A stretch of 64,000 bases of DNA from Lingula anatina. Its lineage: Eukaryota > Animalia > Brachiopoda. Position numbers and translations under genes: made by a program. The notes under the pieces are model-generated. The model ran no database searches, was not told where the DNA came from, and was given only the letters and a program-made list of their open reading frames with translations. Shown piece after piece: positions 53,651-64,000 of this stretch (positions are counted from its first letter, which is position 1; each line of letters starts with the position of its first letter). Location: assembly GCA_051362555.1 (NCBI GenBank), contig CM120644.1:8006954-8070953 (forward strand), given 5' to 3'.

Positions 53651-54204
53651 TACTCCATTCACACTACAGTTGCAAAAATGCGCATTTCTATAATCCGAAT
53701 TTTTCGTGAGGAATTCGATTCAGTATTGCATTCACACACACTAATGCGAAACCGAATTACACGTTGAAAATTTCAGGTTTAACTTCCTGTTTTGAACACT
53801 CGCGCATGCGCCGCACAGGAAATCTTTAAATACCAACAAAAATTTGTGACGACAAATGCAACTCTAAAGACATTCCAGCATTCTTGAGAAGTATAAGATG
53901 GCAAAATAAGTTTGTTTCCTCATGTTGTATTGAGTGGTGACCTCCAAATACGTTTGGTGCAATCGCTAAAGTAATAAACAAGCATTCATAGATACCCGCA
54001 CTTATCTGCACACATGCGCAGTTAGATCTGTACAGGTGTCTATTCCGGTAAGTTATCCGGATCGCGCTTAGAAATCCATCTCGCTTGCAGGATTTTGAAA
54101 ATGCGCATTACAAAAATCCTTTTGCGTTCACACTACTGCATTTATTCGAATTGTGACCTAATTCGCAATTTATCCGGATAACTGAGCATAGTGTGAACGG
54201 GGTA
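53651..54204. mobile_element. PIF/Harbinger-like MITE with TTA TSD, nested in a palindromic MITE
   Basis: TTA|TACTCCATTCACACTA ... TAGTGTGAACGGGGTA|TTA. Confidence 0.82.
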
Positions 54205-55237
54205 TTAATGTAATTTAGTGAGAAACCCTTCTGAGATGGGTTGATCCTGCTAGATTGATCTAGGTATGTGAATAGGATCATAAAGTTTGATGGCATATTT
54301 GGAAGCATCACTCCTTTCCATGATCCCACTGGTTCTACTTCTATTTGTAAATTATTATCAGAATCTAAAGCTGCTGCTACATTTTGTAATGGTAATGGCA
54401 TTAAATATTAATTAGTGTACATGTACAGCACTCCAATGAGGTGATGGAGGGAATATGTATCCCTTTATGGGCGCATTCCGATAGATTTTAGATCGATCTA
54501 TCCCCGTGGGGAGTCTCACTAGATTACTGTCAGATAATCCGGCTCAAATGTCCGTCCCGCCTACTACAAGCTGTAAGGGGGTAATTAACTCGTGCCTGCT
54601 CGGCTGACAGCTATTTAGAGTGAACCCCCAGGGAGTTAGGTCGATCTAGTTGGATCAATCTAATCTCTAGGAATGGGGTCTATGTTTATAGTAGATTGTA
54701 CTTTTGTGGTTTTGTACAAGTGAGTGTGTTTTTAACATATTTTAATATAAATATTTTAATATTTAATATTTTAATATAACTTAAAAGTTAGCAATTCAAT
54801 AATGTAGTGCACATAAACACACACACACACATTGGTTTATATATATAACAAAATATATAGATTTAAGGAACCAGAATATTACCAACTCTGAACCACTTAG
54901 ATAAGCATATCAGATTGCAATCAAAAGCAGATTTGGGCTCCATTGAGTCACTTTTAGCGTAGTCATGTGAAAGAATTCTCCAAGAATCTAAAAGGCTTAT
55001 ATCTTTTTTATTGCCTTTTATCTAAGCCTCTGAGGAAATGTGACTTTCTTAACAATGGTTTGTGTTCTGGGTGGTGTTAATTGCCAATTTAGGTTTGTCA
55101 ACTTCATTTAGTGTGGGTCGATTACTTGTTCATAAAATGCTCACAACTAGAATTGCAGAATCTGATACTTATTTTTAAGAAGATAGCCAGCTAACCAAAA
55201 TTCATGTTGAGGGCCCAGCACCTTCGTCATCAATTTA

Positions 55238-55296
55238 TGTGTGTGTGTGTGTGTGTTTGTGTGTGTGTGTATGTGTGTGTGTGTGTGTGTGTGTGT
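55238..55296. repeat. (GT)n microsatellite
   Basis: Direct reading. Confidence 0.95.
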
Positions 55297-55805
55297 CAGT
55301 TCTCGGGTCATCTAATCTGGATAGCCCCATTGATATTTAAAGACATGACAATTTTTCATAAGTGGTTCAGTACAACTTACTAAGCTTTGAAAAATTAATT
55401 AAAATGTATGGATAATTGCAATGATGGTAGGTTCACATGCAAGATCAATTCAACATGCCGCTGGGACAACTGTGATTGCCACAATTTCAACAGGGCTTAA
55501 GTGTGTCTGAACTTACTTTCAGGGTTTCTGAGATACAGTTAATTCTCCATATTTCTTTGTTATATGGAGTATCTTTATGGATGTGTCAGTGTGTGGTGAA
55601 TGCTGTTAATTTCTAGCAGAGCTGCTTCTAATAAAATCACACATTATATAATGCAATGTTCGTGCATGCATGCGACCATGTGTTTATGTTCCAGATGCTC
55701 TCTCTAAATATGTCACAGCTAATATAGCAATCTCCGTCACCCTCCTTTAGTTTTGAGTTGCACAGGTACCGGTAGCTTGTAAAGTTAGGCTATAAGACAG
55801 TGCTG

Positions 55806-56232
55806 TTGGATTCATTTTGCTAAACAAGGTCCTGATCTAGCTAGTATTAGATTCATTTTGCTAAATGAGATCCTGATCTGGCTAGCATTGGATTCATTTT
55901 GCTAAACAACCCCCTGTTCTACCTAGCATTGGATTAATTTTGCTAAACTAGGTCCAGATCTAGCTAGCATTAGATTCATTTTGCTAAACAAGGTCCTGAT
56001 CTAGCTAGTATTGGATTCATTTTGCTAAATGAGGTCCTGATCTAGCTGACATTGGATTAAATTTGCTAAACAAGGTCCTGATCTAGCTAGCATTGGATTC
56101 ATTTTGCTAAATGAGATCCTGGTCTAGCTACCATTAGATTAATTTTGCTAATTAAAACTAGTTCCTGATCTAGCTAGCATTAGATTAATTTTGCTAAACT
56201 AGGTCCTAATCTTAGACTAGCTAGCACTGGAT
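55806..56232. repeat. 41-bp minisatellite, ~10 copies
   Basis: Unit TTGGATTCATTTTGCTAAACAAGGTCCTGATCTAGCTAG(C/T)A repeated head to tail. Confidence 0.95.
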
Positions 56233-56839
56233 TTTAAACAAGTGTTTGTAACATCTTTTTTTTTTTTTTTTTTTTTTTCAGACAACAGACTGTACCATCT
56301 GCTCTTTACGGCACGAAACCATTTTATTAATAGCTTTTATTTTACCAATGCCCAAGGTGCCATCACGCAATCATGTACTGGTTTGTCACAAGTGAAATAC
56401 TGCTAAAAAACAAAATAATAAAACAAGAAAAACAATTTTCTAGTAAGATCAAAATGTTTTTTATGTCTTGCAGGCCATATTGAAATCCAGACAGATTTAA
56501 AATCGGCCTATGCCAAACTGAAATCTAAGTCACAGACAATTTTAAATTATGAATAGATTAATAACATCCATAATAAAGCCATTTGCATCTATCGATAAGT
56601 GCATCCTATCTTGCATAAAAGGGATTACAGAGCATTTTATCCTACATATATTGTAGGGATTCTTTTGAACTGTTAGTCCTGTCTATATGTAATTTGACAA
56701 CCAATTTTTTAAAGCTCATTATCATTTTTTCCTTCTAAAATACAGTCATTAGTTGACCTAAATACTCAGTGATGGAGAATAAATGCCGAGGCTGATTTTG
56801 AATGTGCCAATGCAAGATTGAATTATCAGTGTATCTTAC

Positions 56840-57197
56840 CTGGACTGATTTTAAGTCTGCCTGCCCCAGAGTGAAGTTTAAATCTGGACTAGGCGAGAAC
56901 GTCTTTTCAATCAAGGCATTGAATATGTGAAAGAGTAAATAAATGAAATGCTTTCTGAGTGGTAACATTATAAAACCCTCTTAACATGGATTTAGCCCGT
57001 AAGCGCATACATTGTACAAACCTTGTATTTCCTGTAGTTTGGAGGCCTTTCTTCACAAAAGCTCTTTTTGTCCGCAACAGTAAGTGGTGTCCTCTAGCTA
57101 TTTTTCCTCAACAGTTGAAGTCAGTGTAGGTTGGTAACAAAGGTGGTGCAGAGTGTTTCCTGTCGCAAATTTACAGAGAGATTTTCCAGACAATTAC
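56840..57197 (-). other. Candidate non-coding exon on the minus strand (possible GPCR 5' UTR exon)
   Basis: Minus-strand acceptor TTTTATGTCATTTCAG (ends 57198) and donor CAG|GTAAGA (56839). Confidence 0.3.
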
Positions 57198-60100
57198 CTG
57201 AAATGACATAAAATATATATAACCGTTATTCAGCATGCAGTTACATATTTTGTTGCTGCTGCGTTGTTGCAATTGGGCTTGCTTCCAAGTAAGCAGTGAT
57301 ATGAAACTATACACCAGACAAAAGTTAATAGGCAACAGTTAAACCAAAACAGAGGTGGAGAAGAGGAATTTTTTCTATGGTTAATGCACACAAATTTTCC
57401 TGAAAAAAAAAATTGAAACTATTAAAAGATGTCTATAATAATGTTGTAATTCAGATGTGAACTTACATATGCCCTATATGCAGTATGCCGGTTGGTTCCG
57501 TTTCACTGCTTTATGGCACTCTTAAGGTGCATACTTTCAGGTGAGACTAAGGTAACACGAGTGCTTGATTTCAGTGGGTTATTTGTTCAGTAGTCCCACA
57601 CATAAAGGTATCAGATGGGGAGACATTTAAGGGATGTGCTCTTTATATGAGACATATTTTTAATGGGATTTTTACTACAAAGGTGTGTTCATACCATGAC
57701 AGATTTGGACTGATATAGGTCACTATATGTGATATTATTAATATTATTGTCATTATTTAATAGGCATAAAATATGATCTAATATGCAGGAATGTGAGGAG
57801 TACAATCAAACTCACTGAAGGCGTCCTCACGAAACTTGATGCTCACTAATGGCCTATTGGCAGATTGTTCGACCAATCAAATAACTCAAATGATCAGTCA
57901 AATGACAAACTTTTGAATAGATGCGGTCCTTAATTGGAGGGCATTGACATTCAAATATTTAAACAGTTATTGACTTTACGTTGTGTTGTAGACTCTGGCC
58001 ATAACAGAGTCTTGGCTGATTTCACTTTTTTAAAGCCAGCTGTAAAACAACATATTGACCTTTGCCAAAATCAATAATTTACCCAGGATTGTATTTACAG
58101 GGCAACCAAATTAGCAAGATTGAATGTTTAATCAATTTTCAAGAGAGTCTAAAAAGTTGAAATATTGTGACTGGTGGGGGGATGGCGTTATACCAAGTTA
58201 GTTTATTTTTAGTCAATAACCTTTTCTCCTTAAATGCCTAGTTTATTTTTCTTTCATAAGGACTAAACACTCAAAATTGAATTCTTTGGTAAGCCAGGTA
58301 TGCCGCTTTTTTACAAACATAGACACTAAGACTGCAGAGAAGGCCTTTCTCTCTCTCTCTCTCTTTTTTTTTTTCACCAAGAAATTAATGTTCCATGCTT
58401 GATTAATAATTTAAGGGTGTTTAATGTAAAACGTAACATCACAGTTTTCGTTGCTTCATAAATGGCTATGATAAGCATTGAGGTTGTACCTTTTCCATGT
58501 TAAAAATGGCACTCGGTCTGTAAACAGCTGGTAGCTGCACTCTCAACGTGGAAATGCAAGACTTTATGTGTTGCGTGCATTTTCTCAAAGGATCTCACTA
58601 TACATGTGATCATGTAGAAAATGATTTGAATAGCTGGGATGCAGCTTTTTGTATGAAAAAGGCTGACTCTGTACATTAATGCCCACCTTGCTCTATTGTG
58701 TATATTTGAAGGCAAAATGCACCATGCCCTGCTGTTACTGAGATATCGATATTTTAACTGAAAATCATCCTTACAATTTGCAGGAATATGAGCCAATAGA
58801 GTGTTCTCTTGAGATTGGCTGTGCATTCTGAATTCAAAGAGTAAACAATGAACCATGCAATCTTAACTAGGCATCTGAGCTACAGGTGTTCATTAAAGCA
58901 CAGTGTAGAAACTGAAGCAATCTGAATCTTGTTTCTTAATTTGTTACTTAACAGGTCTTAGGGACTGTTCACGATGGGTTTTGTCAACCTAGCTAATGTG
59001 CAGGGACTCTCGCTGAATGCAATCAGATTGGCAGACTAAAATGCCTCCTTGTTTCTAACTCATATAATCACCAGCTTTTCTATATTTTACTCAGTGCCAG
59101 TAGGAAGTATGAGGAGGAGGTGCCCCTTTGTTATGTGGGGTTGGTGACGCACTTTGGATTTTTTTTTGCGTATTAAGTGGCCAGTGTTTAATGATGGCTT
59201 GGAGAAAGTTAGTATAATTGGTTTTTTCTTGACTCATCAAATAATCTGGGCACATAAAATAATTTCTAGAAATCCTCTAGCCCTTCAACCTGTCCTGGCT
59301 AATGAAGCAATTATAAACATTCTGTTATGCAAAAAAATTTAAGCCTTATGGCCATCATTGAAAATATTGATTTGGTTGTCTTCTGAGAAGACTGGTAGTC
59401 CAAATGACAACTTAAAAACTCTTTGGGGAAATACTTAAAAGGACTGCTTTTGAGTATTGAAGTGTTTCTTCTCATGATACAGATTATAGGCTATTTATAT
59501 AAAGAAGTATTTTGCCCCAGAAGAATATTAAAGCCTTTTAAAGGTATTCTGTATGGGATTCTCATGTCAAAGTGATTTTTTTCTTGAGGAGCAGCATTTT
59601 TTTTCGACTCCTTTGCTTGACTATAAAAATAAAGGATGCCCTTAACTGTCAATAATAATAATAATAATAATAATAAACTTTTGATTTTAGATGTTGTGTA
59701 TCTTACCCAACAAAATTTTGATAATAATACCTGATTAAAGTTGATATTATTATAAAACTCCAAAAAGTGAGTTTTTCTCCCAGAAGTTTGACAAAATAGG
59801 ATAATAATGTTAAAATTAAAAAAAAAAGTTGTACATAAATAAACTGTTTGAAATTTGAAAGTCTAATAAGCTTGTGCTTGTTATACATGCTTTAACAGTA
59901 CAACTCAGTGGCTGAGTATCCAGCATGCTTCTTTATCATTCTCATTAATGACAATTATCACCATAAAAAATATGCGTCGTGAATGTTTTCACACAAGACA
60001 ACAGACTGTTGGTATCTTGAATAGCATTGTACGCTGTTGCATTTCAAGTCGTTTTATGTCTTGTGCCAAGTTCTGATATTACAACAAGCTAATCGTAAAT

Positions 60101-62169
60101 TGCTTAATTTCTTTGCACCAAAGCACGTGGCAAAGCACACAGCTGGTTTGTTGCCCTGGATTGGCCTTAATATCATAATTACACTTTTGATTTAACTTTG
60201 GAAGTCATGCAACATATTGTCTCTGCTTTTTTCATTATATCATTGCATCTGATATAACACAGCGGCATGTGCAGTGTTCCTTAGATATTTATAAACGTCA
60301 TCTAGCTGCAACATTTTGATTAAACTATTTTGCTTTTACTCTGCTTTTTTGTGCCTAAATGTATAGTTAGCCTTATAAAATAGGGGAAAAAAAGAAGAAA
60401 CCAATTGTGGAGAAACTAGATATAATTTTAAGAATTTAATAAGACCATATTGGAAATAAGGAACACATTGGGAATAAATCTGAGGTTTTTCAAGTGCCAT
60501 CTTGGGGTTTTATTTTTATGTCAGATCCCAATTTTCTGAAATGGATCCATTCATTCGTTCATAACTGTACCCAGGGACTCTGTTTTGAAGGGATTTGTCA
60601 GGTCGTAGCAATGTATTGAAGGAAACTTCCCTTGATTTAGATTCAATATGCCTTCAGTGCCCTTGGTTCTTTAAGTGGTGTTGGGGATAATTATTACAAG
60701 TATAAGTTGTTCATAAACTGAAGCTGAAGGAAATTGTAGTCTGGAAATTGTAATGTGTATTTTGTATATTTATTAAATTTGGAAATTAACAAGAGTGGTC
60801 AGGGTTTTGTTAAATCCATACAGAAAGGAAAGAAGGCAATTCACAATACATTATAAGATTTCTTAAAGCAAACATATAATCAGACATTGAAATAAAAATA
60901 AAATGGCACAAGAAGAAAAAAAAAAGTTATGTGCAGGGAATGGGTACTTGCAATGTATGTCCAAGGCAAGATAGGAAGAAAAATGAAAGAAAGGCAGAAA
61001 TGCCATTAGACTGTACATATAACACAGATTTGCCAACTTTGTGCATTTACACACATATCTAAACATTTCGAGCATGTTCTGCTGGCAACTGTGATGCCAA
61101 TGGAAGAATAAAACATAAAAAATAAAGTAATGGCACTTTAAATATTCTTACTTGACAATGTCTAAGGGTTCATTCCCAATGATACTTTTTCTACATTGAT
61201 CCAACTCTGCAGGGACTCTTGCTGAATGCACTCAGATTAACAGATTAACACATATGGAGTAGAATACCCAAAAGATGGTGATTACACGAGTACGTTGGAA
61301 ACAACAGGGGCCATGTTAATCTGTTAAACTGCTTACATTCAGCGAGAGTCTTGCTGAGTTAGATCGATGTACTTTGAATGAAGATTTAATTGGAAATGAG
61401 CCCTAATATTACAAGCGTGGTTGATTGATGATTTTAAAATGGAGGAGGCACGTATAGAATCCATTCTATGTGGACACACCTGTAGGCGAAGGATGATAAC
61501 TAAGCAATTAACTGTCAACTGAAAGAGAAATTGATATGTAGATGGTGTGACTGTTCTCAGTTTTATAACCTGGCCTATTTAAAATTAGACGACTTTAGAA
61601 AGAACAGCTGAGAACTTGCCTATGTGATGTTTGTAAGATTGATGAATTTCCGCATGACATTGCTATAGAAATACGGTATATCAAAGGACTGTCGGACTTG
61701 ATGATTTTGAAGAATATCACATCAACATGAAGTTAAATGTCAATGCTATCAAGTGCTTCTTGGAAAAAGGGGGACTTTTTTGGGTTTTATAACAATATTT
61801 TTATATTCTGTGCTTTAGTATTAAAATGTCTTTTTTTCATGCAATAAATAAATAAAAAATATAGTGATAAATGAATAAATAAAAGAAAAGAAAATCTCAT
61901 GTAAGAATATTAAGGTAAAAAGTAAAACTATTAATTAATTAATTAATTAATTAATTAATTTATTTATTTTTTTTTTTTTTACAAAGCAAATTAGTAACCA
62001 TAATGATTATAGTTACTGTAAAAATTGCATAATTCTTTTGCTATAATATGGAGTAGCCTTTGAAGAAATTATTTGTGTTATTCAGAAAGTGTTGGTAGTA
62101 ACCATAATTTATCATAGTCAAATTTAAAATAGATTTCCTAAAATGTATTACAAATCTATTCTAATTTCA

Positions 62170-62270
<101 letters not shown>

Positions 62271-62324
62271 GTGCTACGTGATCATAGTTTCATCTTTTTC
62301 ACCAATTATATATATTTTCTTCAG

Positions 62325-62437
62325 AGAACTCCTTGAAGTACACCATGAGGACTCCAAACTTACGTTTAAAGTTGATGGATACATCAGCAATGCCAACTAC
62401 TCAGTGAAAAAATGCATATTTTTGCTGTTCATCAATC
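62325..62437 (+). CDS. MLH1: MLH1 coding exon 8 (113 nt, equals human exon 9); gene continues beyond the window
   Basis: TTTTCTTCAG acceptor; [37 protein letters not shown]; GTAAGT donor. Confidence 0.96.
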
Positions 62438-64000
62438 GTAAGTGTCTTTTGCTGTTAACTTTTGCACTTAATATTGAAACTATCGGACTTGTTTATTAAA
62501 AGTAAAATCAGTGTCAAAAATATTTCTATAGAATAGAGCTATATTATTGAATTATATGTAATGGTCCAAGTCTTTCTTTCTTTCTGCTTTCTCATGTAAA
62601 AGTCTATCCTCCTTTAAGGGCATTTTTTCAAAATTTCAGAGAGTGAAAACAAAACAATTGTTTTGACACCCATCTGCCATAGCAGAGTAATCTTTTGTGG
62701 TCATAAAGTCAGATTCCATGTTTGTTTCTTATCTGGGAATGTACTTTATAAGGGGAATCGGCCATTTCTGGTTGGCCCCAAACTAGCCCTCTCTGCTCAT
62801 CTTTATTGTGAATCATTCTTATTTTCCACTATTTTTCATTTCACATTTTACATGGCATGTCACATTTGAATTCTTGTTCTATCCATTTTTTCCTAATAAA
62901 GACAAATTGAAAATTGCATCTTAAAGAAAGAAAATATCAAATTTTGTTAGTCTTGATGGAAAAAAAATAACTACATCTTTCTATATCAAGCAAATGTAAT
63001 TCTATTTTTATTTAGAGAAATTGTACTTGGCGGAGCAGTAACTTCATGCATGTTTAAAAAACAAATTAGGAATGATTTCTCAGGAAAACAATTTGCTGAA
63101 GTAAGTTGCAGATCATTAACTTCAAAATCACTGAAAGGTTGCTGTAAACACAGTGGCAGAGATAGTAAACAGCCTCCTAATACATGTACTGTATAGTTTC
63201 TCAGGACTTTTTTACTTTCAAATAATATCATATATGAGCTTTTTGGTTATTTGCATAACCAGAGAAAGATATAAATTTATTTGATTAACATATCACCTCT
63301 AGACTGATGGTTCCTTTATAAACTATACTTAAAAAGTACCTGTGTCAGTGACTTTCAACAGAAGGAGCATACTTCTAGTCTAAGATCAAGAAAGTGCTTG
63401 ATATTTGCACAAATTAAGAAAAATAGGCCCAGGAAATGACAGGTCCAGATGGCTTTTTTACGGAGTTCCATTCCAGTTTGACCTTTTTAGTTGCAGTTCT
63501 TGAACACAATAAATTAAAGCTGGCAGTGCTTCCACAATTAATGTTCAGGTATGTCTGTCGAACATAAAGACCCCCCACCTGAATGGTATGTGGGTTGCAA
63601 TCAATGCAGTTTTGTTCATTTCATATTTCAATTTACTTGTTGGAGTGATGAATGCATTTTATGGCAGCCTGTCTTAATTGTTAACAGCTGAGGTGAATGA
63701 AAATATCTGATGAAGTCCAGTCCCAGCCAAGTATCTAATACTAGTAGTTATTATGAATTAATTATAATATTTATGGTTTGGTAATTTACCAAGACAATCA
63801 AAAGTAAAAAGTCAAAGTTCCTGGTATACTGCGCACCACATCCCTCTCAGTGTGGCTGGGTTCCTATACCTAGATCCATCTAAAAGGATTGATCCATCTC
63901 TGAGGGTTTTTCACTAAATTGCTTTCAGCTTGAGAAGCTTAGATGTCTGGTACGCCTGCTGAAGCAACTAAACAATAATTAATTACCCCTTAGCAGTAGG

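Noticed and set aside
55806-56232. CRISPR-like array (also considered for the 146-bp and 17-bp repeats)
   Set aside because: Contiguous repeats without unique spacers, eukaryotic context, no cas genes.
30000-62000. Remaining short intronic ORFs as additional genes
   Set aside because: All under ~120 aa, compositionally biased, with no recognisable motifs or consistent splice structure.

Overview
AT-rich eukaryotic DNA with spliceosomal introns. The repeat landscape suggests an invertebrate, probably a lophotrochozoan such as a mollusc (inference only). Three parts. (1) 1-~12250: the right end of a homogenised head-to-tail array of ~1.5-kb CpG-rich units (8 complete plus 1 partial, the last ones decayed). 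Each unit carries two consecutive RNA polymerase III-type modules (A box, B box, T-run) that do not fold as proper tRNAs. The first (~98 nt) has vault-RNA-like geometry; the second (~190 nt) is a tRNA-headed structured RNA. (2) 13761 onward, + strand: the mismatch-repair gene MLH1, 8 coding exons visible. Exon sizes match human MLH1 except that human exons 3+4 are fused here, and a 17-bp minisatellite multiplies the exon 5 donor site. (3) A 44.8-kb MLH1 intron (17515-62324) holding an antisense nested class A GPCR (melanocortin/adenosine-receptor-like, DHF in place of DRY) with candidate non-coding upstream exons, Helentron-type non-autonomous elements carrying 146-bp satellites rich in nuclear-receptor DR1 motifs, and several nested MITE families. 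No transposase, rRNA or CRISPR was seen.
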